Of a stretch of 64,000 nt of DNA, positions 16,810-30,300 are shown piece after piece. The DNA is from Schmidtea nova (taxonomy: Eukaryota), in assembly GCA_044892505.1 (NCBI GenBank), contig CM097883.1, forward strand, positions 119,102,001 through 119,166,000. Direction: 5' to 3'. The first letter of the stretch is position 1, and every line of letters starts with the position of its first letter. The notes beneath the pieces were generated by a model. It was not told the origin of the DNA and ran no database searches. It was given only the letters and a program-made list of their open reading frames with translations. A program made the position numbers and the translations under genes.

Positions 16810-17510
16810 ACACACAACATATCTAAGATTACCTTTCCTAAATGACACTACAGCCAACAAAATCACCAACATTTTTAATCAAACAGATCTGCCTATCCAC
16901 ATCCGTCCAACGTTCATAACCTCCGCACCGTTAAAATCACAACTCCGAAAGCCACCAATTTCCAACATCTCCAAACATAAATGTCTTTGCCGTTCCACAA
17001 CCCGATGCTTTTGCTTTTCCAAAAATATAGTATATAAACTTTCTTGACAAAAATGTGACGCTACTTACATAGGAGAAACACATAGAACTTTTCGCACCCG
17101 ACTTAATGAACACACTAAAATCAAAACCAGTAATTATTACGAACACTGGGAAAAAGTACATAAAACAACACCATCTATAGAAGAAACAAAATGTCAGATT
17201 CTACAAGAGGGATTCAAAAATTCATTACAAAGATTAGCTTCCGAGACGTTTTTCATAAAAAAATACAAACCGTCCATCAACATTCAATTCGCACAAAAAA
17301 ATTAAAATAAATTTATTCATCCAATAAAATCATTATAAAATATTAAAAAAATAATTAAGGCTACTATTTAGGATTAAATAAATATAACGATAGAAATACA
17401 CACTTGATAAAGGCTGTGCCGAAATATTGTGTTATTGTTTATAAAAAAAAATTTGATCTATAGTCATTATGAGAATTATTGATAATAATAATAAAAAAAG
17501 ATCAAAGGNN
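16810..17510 (+). mobile_element. 5'-truncated Penelope-like retroelement: RT-thumb/linker, C-terminal GIY-YIG endonuclease and 3' end
   Basis: YLRLPFL...KCLCRSTTRCFCFSKNIVYKLS*QKCDATYIGETHRTFRTRLNEH...YEHW...RLASETFFIKKYKPSINIQ, stop at 17303-17305. One in-frame TGA at 17045-17047. Preceded by an (ATT)n tract. Confidence 0.9.
17398..17432 (+). ncRNA. Minimal type I hammerhead ribozyme motif in the PLE 3' region
   Basis: Stem I ACAC/GUGU. Core UUGAUAA at 17404-17410. Stem II GGC-UGU-GCC. GAAA at 17421-17424. Loopless palindromic stem III AUAU. Predicted cleavage after AUU at 17428. Confidence 0.65.
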
Positions 17511-19054
17511 NNNNNNNNNNNNNNNNNNNNNNNNNNNNNNNNNNNNNNNNNNNNNNNNNNNNNNNNNNNNNNNNNNNNNNNNNNNNNNNNNNNNNNNNNN
17601 NNNNNNNNNNNNNNNNNNNNNNNNNNNNNNNNNNNNNNNNNNNNNNNNNNNNNNNNNNNNNNNNNNNNNNNNNNNNNNNNNNNNNNNNNNNNNNNNNNNN
17701 NNNNNNNNNNNNNNNNNNNNNNNNNNNNNNNNNNNNNNNNNNNNNNNNNNNNNNNNNNNNNNNNNNNNNNNACAACCAGAGTTGTTTAAATAACCAAATA
17801 AAACCAGCAGAATTTAAATTTAGAATCAACAAAAAATGCACTGGCACAAATTCAAAAAGCAATACAGTTCAAGATGGAGTTCGAACAACAGAAGAAAAGC
17901 GCAGCACCAATATATTTTCTTTCCAGTAAAATTTTGTTATCGATGATTATTTGTTCAGTCACGATAATTGGTGTCAGAACTGACCACTACAGTCCAATGT
18001 TTTAATCATATCAAAATTCTATGCCTCCTCAATCAATGATTAAACAGCAGCCTGGCCACTTTGTAATCGTAGCTTCGCAATACTAATCATATTCTGAGCA
18101 ACAATTGCTCATTAATACTATCAATAAAGGGTCTATATGACGGAAAGTTCACCAAATGAGTTATCAACATTGAGCAGCATCAAATGTTAATGCACAAATA
18201 TAAATCCAACAACAACATCAAGTTTCTCAACCGATTAGTTCTAGGAGTACGAATGCTTCTAATCACTAAAGCAACATGTCAGGAATTAACTGCACCACAG
18301 CAGCGTCAATTTCAAGCAACCAACCGAATGATATTATGTTCCCCGATGCAAATAGCATGGCCATACGTATTATTTATTATATTTATATTGATAAAATTTT
18401 ATTTATATTTATCATAATTTTATATATATTTTTAATAAATTTATTTATAAAATTACTTTTCCCGGTTTCTCTATCCCGTCTTTCTTCTTCCCTTTAAATC
18501 CAAAACACACCCATAATCCTAACCTAGATCCAACACACGATAACGATTCTTTCGCCAAAACCACACCGATACTACCAGCCTATATCCTTACGCGTTTTAA
18601 TAACAGAATACGGGAAATCGCCGTTACCTCCAATCTACACACCGACATTGCCACATCGCTTCGCATTGACAAGACCTCATTCTACGTGTCGTGCAATGGT
18701 TCTCTCGTCTCCTCTTCCACCCAGCTGCAGTCTTATTCAATCTTGGACATCAACTGTCGCATCCTAGAAGGCGGTAGTATCACAAAAGAGCCATCTTCGC
18801 AAGCAAACACAATTTCCGAAATGAACGTTGATCCGTCTACATTACAAGTACCTGGCTCAAAACCAAGACTTTATACAGCACAAACACCACCAAGCACACC
18901 TCGCACAATATTAACCCTAACACCAACAAAGACACTACACACAGCATTACCCACATCACCGCCAACAATATCATTCACAGTACCATCAAAAACACCACTA
19001 ACAATACCACAAGCATCGACTATTTCTTCTCACTAAGAAGCCAGCGCAGGCAAC

Positions 19055-22000
19055 ATGCACGTTCTACCACAGCCGCCACAAACCACATTTCATGCACCAC
19101 CCCCAACAATGCCCATCGTCACCACAAACAAGTCAGCCCTTACACTAATCTTACCTAGAATTGCCGGAAACTTCACAATCAACGCAGAACTGTTAGAAGA
19201 ATACGGCCAATCCGATCGACGTACCATAACACTACTTATAGACACAGGCTCCTCATATTCAATACTACCTATCACCTTCTCTGCAGACACACCTTGTTCA
19301 TCCTCCGCCGTACCAGTGAACGGAACGCACATACTACTCTCCGGTACAAAAACAATTCGGTTTCGCCTTCCAGGTTTTTCCAAACTTTTCTCACACTCCT
19401 ACATTGCTGATACCACATTTCCTATACTAGGCCTCGATTTCTTAAGGACCGAAGAAGTGAACATCGACTGTAAGAACAGAAGAATATATCAGCTCCTTAA
19501 GCAAGTTTCCACGATAGTTCCACAACAAACAACAATCTCTTTAACAGCAGACAATGTAGATTCAGTCATCGCCACACATTTCCCAAACCTTTTGACCAAG
19601 TCTACCACACACGTCCCCTGCAAACAGTCCGTCCATTTCATCACCACCGTCCCGTGCACACCACAAAACGCTCGTTCCCGACTTCTAGCTATTAATAAAC
19701 GACAGACCTTGGAACTCTAATTTTCCGAGCTAGAAGACAAAGATATCATCCGACGCACCTTCTCACCATGGACTTCTCCTATTCACGTAGTAACAAAGAA
19801 AGACGGTTCCTTTCGTCCTTGTGGGGATTTTCGCGCATTGAACAGCGTCACAATACACGATGCTTAACCAATGCCTCTCATCAAGGATCTGTTTTCACGT
19901 TTTATCAGGAACAGAGTTTTTTCCACAATTGACCTCGCCAAAGCATTCCACCAATTCCCTGTCAATCGATATAATATTCCAAAAACAGCAGTCACTACCT
20001 TTTTTGGCATCTTTGAATACTTTTTCATGTCATTTGGCCTCAGAAACGCAGCTCAGACACTACAACGCTTCATGGACATCATCTTCCGACACTTTAAACA
20101 CGCATTCGCCTATCTAGACGACATCATTGTCGCTTCCCCCGATGAATCTACGCACCCAATAGATCTAATGAAGGTATTTGACGTCCTCGACAAAAACAAC
20201 CTCCAGATCAGACCTGATAAGGGCAAGTTTTTCAAGTCGCGCGTCCGCTTCCTAGGCCATATACTATCCGCAGACGGATGTGAACCATTCCCAGAAATAC
20301 TAGATGTTATCCGTGCATTTCCAAAGCCGTCCACGGTCACAGAACTTTGCAGATTTCTCGGAACTGTAAACTTCTGCCACAGATTTATCCCAAACTCGTC
20401 CCACATTACTGCACCACTATCAGCACTTAATCACGGCCCCAAAAAGGATATTATCAAATGGTCCGACAAAACAGATCAGGCCTTCACAGGCGTTAAAAAC
20501 GTTTGACTAATATATCAACACTGTATTACCACATAACGACCTGCCATTCACTCTAACCACCGACGCCTCAGACATAGTAGCCGGGGCATATCTCCACCAA
20601 ATTAAAGACGACGTTCCCCGCCCCATCGAATTTTTTCCCGGAAATTCTCACTAGCAGAAACAAGGTACAGCGTCTTCGACAAAGAACTACTAACCATCGT
20701 GCTGTCCTTTAAACATTTCCGGCACTTCTTAGAGGGTAGACATTTCACAATATTCACCGACCACAAACCTCTCCTACACTGCCTCACCATGAAAGATCCT
20801 TCAAATATGATATTCCGTCAGCTCACTTTTCTATCATCTTCTGATTTCGAGATCAAACCCATCGCACGAGGTGACAACGTAATTGCAGACTGTTTTTCAC
20901 GCGCTATCTTAAACTCAATATCCTTTTTTCCATCTTCTCACTAGACACCCTAGCTTCCACACCACCCACCGAGAACGGCATTTCCAGGTTCAAAGACTGC
21001 GATAAACTCATCGACGGCGTACATTACGACACATCCTTTAATAACACACTGCGCCCCATACTACATGAATCACTCCGCAAAGAAGCGTTTCTCGCTGTCC
21101 ACAACCTTCATCACCCCGGCATTAAATCCACTTACGCATTACTCCACCAGAAAGTGACCTGGTAAACCCAGTTCAAAAATGTCAAACAATGGGGAAATGA
21201 GTGCCAAGGCTGTCAACAACATAAAGTTAATAAATGTCACTAAGCACGTCACCCGCAGACCACCAGCCTCGTCGAACGCGCTCACCGCACCATCAAGACC
21301 TCACTTCGCATCCTCGCATCTTCCTCTGACTGGACCAAATCTCTGCCATTCGTACTGCTCGGATGGCACAACACACTCAATCGCTCAAGCGGAGTATCCC
21401 CGGCACAATTACTATTCGGCGCCAATACACGCATACCATCAGAGCTCATAGAGACAGACTCTGAATCGTCTTTACAACAAATAAATCAAGCCCGTAGCCA
21501 CTTCCTTGCTTTAGACTCCAACCCGTCATTCACATACTCAACCTCTTACAAACCATACATGCCAAATACACTTACCTCAGCCTCACACGCCTGGTTGAAA
21601 TGCATTGATTCCACTAACGTTTTTCAAATTCTATTTTTATCACATTTTCATCATATTAAAACAACATTAATTGTTTAATATTACATTCTTCCTACATCCC
21701 CACCAGATTCATCTGAATCTTTAACAACTCTTTTTCTAATATCGCCCACGTGTCGTGGCATATCGTATCCATTACATCTGACTAAAAATTTTGTATTTGA
21801 TAATGGTTTGATGATAAGACCATCTTTCCATCTTTCTGTGCATTTTTGGTTCATATTCGGTTTTATCCATACAGGGTCACCAGCAGAATATTTTGCTTCG
21901 ACTAATATCTCTTTTTTATTGTAACTTGGCAAATTCAGCTTTGGATTATATTTAAATATAGCTCTAGATGGACAAATATTATTGTTGTTTGGTGTATTGT

Positions 22001-22720
22001 TGAACCAGTACACAGCTTCTGCGATTGATCCTGAGGACCTAGCTGCTAGCGATTTGATTGTCCGATGGCTGCGTTCAATGATCCCGTTTCCTCCTGGACG
22101 GTTCACTGTTCTAAATACCAACTCAACATTCCATTTATCTGCTAATTCTTGAAATTTTCTAGATCTAAAAGATAAGTAATTATCTAACAATATTTCACTT
22201 GGAGCTCCTCTTTCATATAACACTTCATTTAAAGCATTACATATCTCTTCTACATTTTCATACTTAATTTTCTTCCAGATTGCATATCTCGATGGTCCAC
22301 AATCAATAATTGTCAAATATTTATCTTTAGCAAATTTAGCTACATCAATTGCTAAACGGCACCAATTTTCATCACAGCTTAGTTCACCTTTTTCCCATTC
22401 TTGGCTTCCAAAATAATTTCGAGTTTGTCGAACCATTCTTCCACATCTGTATTTTTGCCATCGAATTTTCCAACATTTGCAATTATGATCTTGTTGATTT
22501 CCATTGCCCGGATAGCTTGTAAAACACAACGTTTTTCAAATTCTATTTTTATCACATTTTCATCATATTAAAACAACATTAATTGTTTAATATTACATTC
22601 TTCCTACAAAGGTCCTTCCCCGTCATCAAATTAAATAAAACACGGCCCAACTGCACATCGACGGCGAACTACACATCATAAGCCTGAACCGCCTAAAACC
22701 TGCTTTTGTACTATCCGATC
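19055..22720 (+). pseudogene. Ty3/gypsy pol (PR-RT-RH-IN) with stops, frameshifts and a nested insertion
   Basis: ORFs 19055-19720, 19871-20506 and 20699-20944. The integrase C-terminus (YKGPFPVI...RLKPAF) resumes after 22608. Confidence 0.9.
21617..22608 (-). mobile_element. About 1-kb mini LTR element (TRIM-like) nested in the Ty3 integrase
   Basis: 5' LTR 22518-22608 (91 bp, TGTA...TACA). 3' LTR 21617-21696 lacks its last 10 bp. PPT GGTGGGGA. The interior is a gag start (MEINKIIIANVGKFDGKNTDVEEWFDKLE) joined to the integrase core (WCRLAIDV..GAPSEILLDN..GNGIIERSHRTIK). Confidence 0.85.
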
Positions 22721-22982
22721 AGGACAATCAACTTCCACTGGACCACCCCTCAGATGAAGATTTAATCGAAGACCCCCATATGACCCAAGCTTCTAGGTTC
22801 CCCAATACCTATCCATTCTACAGGCCGAACCATTTCCTGATCTATCTTCACACAACCGCATCCGCCGTCCTCCACAGTATCTCGCAGACTACCATCTCGA
22901 TTTCCAATCCGACCCTTGATTACCCGTTATCGTATTTCCATACGCTCCGCGTACTTCGGCGGGGGCTATTGTAGTGCCTCCG

Positions 22983-23052
<70 letters not shown>

Positions 23053-26000
23053 TTATATTGTAATATATTAAGTATATACATATATATTAAATTAAAAATA
23101 TACTTATGTATAACAAACAAGCAGAGGTTTAAATAACCAAATAAAACCAGAAGAATTTAAATTTAGAATAAAAAAACGCACTGGCACAAATTCGAAAAGC
23201 AATACAATTCAAGATGGAGTTCGAACAACAGAAGAAAAACGCAGCACCAATATATTTTCTTTCAAATAAAATTTTGTTGTTATCGATGATTATTTGTTCA
23301 GTCACGATATATAATAATTATTATATATGAAATTTTATTAATTTGTGAATTGTATAAAAATTTGGATTTAAATTTCTTCTTATTTAAATAGAAGAATAAT
23401 AAATTGGAAATTTTATCATAGTGCGAATTCATAAAATTCTGAATTTAATTATTTTAGGAAAATTTATAAATATTGAAGGCAAATTATTATTTTATAAAAT
23501 CATTTAATAGAAATATATCATTCCATAAAATTCCCAATTAAGGTATTTATAAAATTTTATAAATGTAAAATTTAATTATTAATTCTGGAAAATTAGAAAA
23601 ATTAATTTATATATATATAACCCTCTTTTCATAAATACCTCATATAAAAGCCCAAAACAAGCAATAAAACCCTTTTTGCAATATATAACATTCATATCAT
23701 TCATTAGCACTATATATACTTAACACCACACCAGACTATCTATTCATTTACCAACACACACACACATCACTTCACTCAATAACATCCATCAGCATCACAC
23801 ATCCAGAAAATCTCACAAGCACTCAATCAACCTCATCAATTACTGAATTACCTATTTTACCCAAAATCCTACCAAACATACAATCACCACAATAAAAATT
23901 CATAACAAGTCTATAAAATTATATACTCATATCAACTTGTAATCACTACATCTCACATCACCAATTCATAGAAAAGCACAACATCCATTGATATAACCCC
24001 CTTGCATCTCACAACCTTGCCACCATAAATTCATTAAATCAACTTAGCTAGCAATCTACATCCACATCCATTGCACTACATATGAGAATTAAATCCTCCA
24101 CGCATCCATACAAATTAGTTCACCTCATTCGTCAAACATACTCAGTAACAATGAACTACATCCAGATTACATTATCAACCTGATACACTCAATTCACTTA
24201 CCAATGTAATACCTTAACTTCCTAGCTACCTATTTAGAAAACCAAATTTTTGTATTAAGGAATTGATTACAATTCGAATTATTCCTACAACTCATTAAAA
24301 ATTTATTCAGCTGTTCATATGAAGAATGTTGAAGTATGTCAAGATTCTTGTACTGCTACTTAATAATACATTTTGGGCTTCGAGCATTATTTCACCAAGC
24401 TCCAACTCCTAAGAAACATCAGTTCCCATTGGTATTATTATTAATTAAATGCCCAGATGAAAATATTAAAGAAAAATAATTTATCATAAATGTTGAGGTC
24501 TCAATAACTAAATTGAAATCTCAAATAGGGTGATAGGCTTATATAAATAAATGAGGCAATATGCAAGAAAAATGTATTTAATAACCAATACAAAAAAATC
24601 TTTACTTTGTACACAATTCACTAAATATTCGGAAGGGTTGGTTTACTATAAAAATCTTTTATCAGTATAATTCCGAACAACTGTTCCTGTTATATGATTT
24701 TTCAAGATTTGCACTTGAGAAAATTAGGTATTACGCTAATTTTTGATTTTAATTTTATGGTAGTTGATTTTCTTAGACAATCGTATTTATACAGTATTTA
24801 CACTACCAGTCGCGAACCACCACCGACTGCCAATCATACACAATCAGCTGACTTGGTCCAGCATCCGCCTGCCGACTTTGTATTTACTGAACCAAGTCTT
24901 ATACTTTACTAATTTAATAAAAAAAACGAATAATCAAATAAAGNNNNNNNNNNNNNNNNNNNNNNNNNNNNNNNNNNNNNNNNNNNNNNNNNNNNNNNNN
25001 NNNNNNNNNNNNNNNNNNNNNNNNNNNNNNNNNNNNNNNNNNNNNNNNNNNNNNNNNNNNNNNNNNNNNNNNNNNNNNNNNNNNNNNNNNNNNNNNNNNN
25101 NNNNNNNNNNNNNNNNNNNNNNTGACTCAAATAAGGTTTTTCAAAATAATAGTAATTCAAAGTAATTATGGATGATCGATAAAGATTTGATTGGGAATAT
25201 TGAAGAATTTGATTGGAAGTTCTGAGAGAATTGTGAGCAATAACGATTTAAATAAAAGCGTCTAGATTGAGCTTGAGGGATATTTATTGATTTTCCGAAT
25301 ACACATTTATCCGGTATTTGTTGGCACCTGTTTTATAATATTTATTCATGATGAATGCGTCGATGGGCCTACCCTCATCGTTCAACATAAACGTTATTGA
25401 CTTAGGAAAAATCCAACTAAAAGTAGCAAAGATTTTATTTACCAAAATAAAACATTTCAAAAACATCTACTTACAAAAGTTTTAACAAAAATCTGGCTCG
25501 AAAAGTACCACGTCATAAATAAGATAAATTCCATAAGTAAATTCATAGGTATATATTATATCTTCATCTAATAACTTGACGAATTGAATTGCTCCAACGC
25601 GATTGAATGGAAGCTGTAAGAAAAATGTGATAGAGATAATATAATAGTAAAACTACTATCATCAAATTATCTCGGAAGAGCGATGAATCTTCGAAGTTTG
25701 AGTCAAACCGATTGGCAGTTTTTAATGGAACAAATTTAAAACCTAGAAAATTTACACATATACTACATTTAACAAGAAAATTACCCATTTTACAGCAGAT
25801 TAGAAATCAGATCTTCGTTTCATCAGATCTACTCGTTGTTCTTATTGGGGAATTTGAATTTGACTTCTTCGACTAAAATTATTAAATATAGAGTATTAAC
25901 CTAGAGTTACTTAGAAAACATCCAATGAAAAGGGAAAATCCTAAAAATCTAAAAATACTTTCGAAATCAATAATCTGACATAACAAAATAGAATTTAATA

Positions 26001-26144
26001 ATATAACTTACTCAATATAACTAATTTCATTTTGAATTGTATGTATATGGTTTATTTCAGAATTGAAATTGGCCGTTTCAAAGAGTAAGGGAACGGGGGA
26101 AAACCTAATTTTGTAATATAAAATTAAAAGTACTATCTCTTCGC

Positions 26145-26201
<57 letters not shown>

Positions 26202-27337
26202 GAAATCCTAAGGCCTAACAACTCAGGTTTTCCTTTCGATATTAACTATAACTTTTGCCGTTGTCAAGGCCTCTGTGAAAGTTTCAATTTTAAAAACATT
26301 AAAATTCCACCAATAAAATTAAAAATAATATAAGGACAAGATAGACACTAGGTATAATAAATTATTTTATTTTATTTAAATTTTTTAACATAGAAAATAC
26401 GGAAATTGGAAAAATCTCGAACACAGTAATCTTTTAGTCAAAATCAGCAGCAATCGAATACCCCCCGAATATATGCATTTTTGAAGGATTATTCGGTCCA
26501 AGAATTGAGTAGCGATCAGATTCTACCTGAGAATGATGTTTTATGAGTAAATACATAAAAACCTTTACTTTTCTGAGATCAATAACTTTTGCTTGCTTGA
26601 TATAAATGTTTTAATAACTACAAATAAAGTAACATTCGTTGTAGACGTCGCAAACCGATCGATTTAATATCCGATCTGACGGAGAGGCTCACAAAATAAA
26701 ACCGCGGACAAATTTTCGCACGATCCGAATACTTCAATACCCTGGTGAAGTGATTGTAATAATTTTGCTGTGCTTGTTGATTTGTTATGTATATTTTAAA
26801 TGGGTTCTTTTGTGAATTTGTTAATGATTTGATGTTGGAATTATCCATTTTGATGTAGAAATAAATGTTTATCATGTAAATTGTTGATTTAAATCTCTAA
26901 TTAGGAGCTCAATGAAAGTTTATAGATAAATTGTGGATGAAGGGACAAAATTGGCATTAAACCTTCTATCGGTAGCCCTTGGGCCTAGGAGATATTCGGT
27001 CAATCATAGTTTCGAATTTCTCGAAACTCATTGATTGCGATTCCATTAGCACTAATTAATGTTAGATAAAATCATTAACTGAATTAATTTATCAAATATT
27101 ATTTATTAAAAGTTTCAGAGAAAGTCACCTGGTAAATTATAAAGTGATCTAAAAAATGCATTATTTAAAACAATATAATAAATCTTAAATCAATTTAGAT
27201 TTCTATTCTAATATAATCTGCAACATTTATTATTTTTTCTGTGTTTGTATTTGATTATAAACACCAAATTTTCAAATTAAAAATTACATGTTTTTTTAAC
27301 TACTTTTCTCATTGAATATAAAAGCTTAATATTAGTG

Positions 27338-30300
27338 ATGATTAACTTAAATTTAAGAAATATAACGACATTAAAACTAATCGGCAACAAACTTCTGTAT
27401 TCATCATCCAGTTATTCTATAAGCAAAGCGGACTTGAGTAAATTGCGAAAAATTTCTGGATTTTCTATTTCCAAATGCAAAGAAGCTCTAATTAAATGCA
27501 ATAGTAATATTGATGAATCTCATGAATGGCTCAGATCCGAGGCAGCGAAACACGGCTGGCTGAAAATGGGAAAGTTAGCTGAAAAACCTATGTCCAATGG
27601 ACTAGTTGGAATGCAAATCAACAATAATAAAAATTTCAGTTGTGGAGTGATGCTCGAACTTAATTGTGAAACTGATTTTGTTGCTAGAAATCAGAATTTT
27701 CACAAATGCCTTCACATGGCTACGTCAGCTTTCATGGAACATATTTGTGAAGTATTTACGATTTTCTCTCAAACAGCTAGTTGATTGTACCTAATATAGC
27801 TTCCGGATATTAATGCAATCCAATTGCACTCTGAAGAAATTAAACGATTGCTATATCTTGATGTCGATTCTAATAAAAAAGAAACTTTAGATCATTTATT
27901 AGCTGTCAATGTCGGTTCATTGGGAGAAAATATGCTATTCCGGCGTGCAGTTGCACTGAAAGCATTGCCAGGCTCGTATTTATCTCTATATTCGCATTTA
28001 TCGTGGCCAGATATCAATAAGAAATGGAAGGAAACCACTATTGGGAAATATGGAGTCATTTTAAAATACAAACCAAAAATGGATATACAGGTAAGGATTT
28101 GGTAAATTAATTTGAAATGAATATCAATTTGTTTTCATCCTGTAATGTAGCGTTTCTCAACATTTGTTAATTTTTCAGAACCATTGAGATAATATCCATG
28201 TTGTAGGGAACTTCGATTTACCAATTATTATATATCATTGTTAGTAGTTTTTATTATTATTTGTGAATTTAAAGATGACACTCGGTAGTTAATTTGATGA
28301 AATTACCCCGACATCTAAAGTTTAGACACCAATTGCTATGATTGGCTTATTTAGAACTCAAATTTATTCCTTTCAGAGAGCGTTTATTATTTTGAATTGG
28401 AGTGATCAGGATCTTTTAAGATCGAAATATTTAATCAAATAAAAATTGTGCAGAAAGGCGTAACACTTACCTTATTATTAGTGCACCAAAAAAACATATT
28501 TTTTAAATTGCATTTAAATATCTCTGTGTAACTAAAGAGAGAAAGAACATATTTTAATGTCTTTTTAATTTAAAAATAAATATGCTTTTTTATATTTTTA
28601 TTCATTGTTTGTTATATATTTGGTGTGTCTGAAAAGTAATGAGACTCCCCTTACCCCACTTACAAGACAGACAGTTTGCAGTAATGCAATTTATTTTCAT
28701 ACAACACAGTCCCCTTTGACTCGAATGACATCTTTACAATGGGTATACAATCGTTCCAGCTCATGCTGGAAGCGTTCCCGCTCAATGCGTCTGAACAGCT
28801 GCAACGATTCCTTCTGAACCTCTTCTTTGGAGTGGAAGTCCCTCTTTCTGAGGTCTTTTTTCAGGTGGTTGAACAACCAGCGATCGCATTGATTCAAGTC
28901 TGGACTGTAAGCAGACTGACGGATTAGCTTGACCTGCCTTTGTTCAAAGAATTCCCTGGTGTGTACAGATGCATGAGGACGTGCATTGTCATGTTGCCAC
29001 CAGAGCTGGTTAAGTCGTGTTGGAGAAGAATGCAGAGTCCTCCATTTTTCACCAGTATCATGGACAAACTCAGTGTATCGTTGAGAGGTCACTGTTTCAC
29101 CAGGTGGGACAGCATGAATATTGCACTTGCCATCTCCAGTGAATGCGAGAACAAGCACTCTTCGGTTGGTCGCACAGAGATGTTCGTGAACCTTCAGTGA
29201 AATCCTTACACCAGCGAAACACTGTGGCACGGGATGGTAGATCAGTCATCTGTGTTTCTTGTAGCTGCTCATAGACTTCTGTAGCTGTTCGTTCACGTTG
29301 TTGTTCAATAAACGCATATGCACGAAAGTGCTCTTTGTTCAGCTCCATTTGTGCAGTCGTTGCACTAAGACAAAGTATGCTAGGAATCATGCCTTATATA
29401 GGGTCACACACGCATGTGTGTGAGTAGCCACCTGATTGGTCAGATAGTATAAAGTCTTGTGATTCGTTTAACGCAGTACCAATGCATAGCTAGCAGTTTT
29501 GTGTGTGTGGCATACGAAATCTAATTACTTTTCAGACACGCCAAATATTTCAATTACATTAAGTAATAATTGTTTGTTTTATTCATTTTACCCTTAAATG
29601 CAATCATTAAAACAAATAAATTTTATTTGCCATTTTTAAATGCAATCCAATTTAAAACAAAAATTAAATTTTTTGGCATAAGAGATAAACTTCAGGCCGC
29701 CGATGTAGAGGCAAGATTCGACCAACTTATCCATAACAATGTAGACCAAGGTGACTTCTAATATGATGGTAAATATTATGGAAATAGATTTGATTGTTGA
29801 CGTTTGTTAGTGATTGTTAATGTTTGTTAAATAATATTATTTATTATGTAGTTTTGTGTACAAGAGAAAATTATTGACGAGCCCAAGAGAGTCACCGATT
29901 TGTGTTGGGACACTCGGGGTGTATGCGTATATCCTTTTGTGTGTGTGTGCGTGCGTAATAAGTGCTGTTTAGATACAATATTAACACAAACAAATAAATA
30001 AATAACGTAACAAAAATAAATATTATGCAAATTATATTTAACAGAAAATGTTTCTAAAAGAACAACTTTAGAACCACGAAAAGTTACTTGTATTAAACTG
30101 TTTGGATTTAAGATAGTTGTTAAAATGGGAAGTTTCTGCAACTCGTTTTTCTTTAAAAATGGATTTGAGATTGTTGTTAAATTTTAAGTTTCTCACAATA
30201 GTTCTTCTTTAAGATGGGTTTAAGATTGTTGTTAGGTTAGACAAATGGGAAGTTTCTGCAACTCGTTTTTCTTTAAAAATGGATTTGAGATTGTTGTTAA

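Larger units (their letters stand above)
17772..23309 (+). mobile_element. Full-structure but decayed Ty3/gypsy LTR retrotransposon
   Basis: 5' LTR remnant 17772-17966 (start lies in the gap). tRNA-Leu-type PBS TGGTGTCAGAA at 17969-17979. Protease LLIDTGSSYSILP, RT FGLRNAAQTLQRFMD..YLDDIIV, RNase H DKELL..FRHFLEGRHFTIFTDHKPL, broken integrase. PPT GGCGGGGG. 3' LTR 22970-23309, starting TGTAG and containing (TA)n. Confidence 0.93.

Noticed and set aside
25280-27000. Possible multi-exon gene on the minus strand divergent from TSFM
   Set aside because: Short ORFs with no recognisable homology and no consistent splice path.
29815-30012. Candidate solo LTR (TGTTA...TAACA, AATAAA)
   Set aside because: No matching TSD and no second copy in the window.
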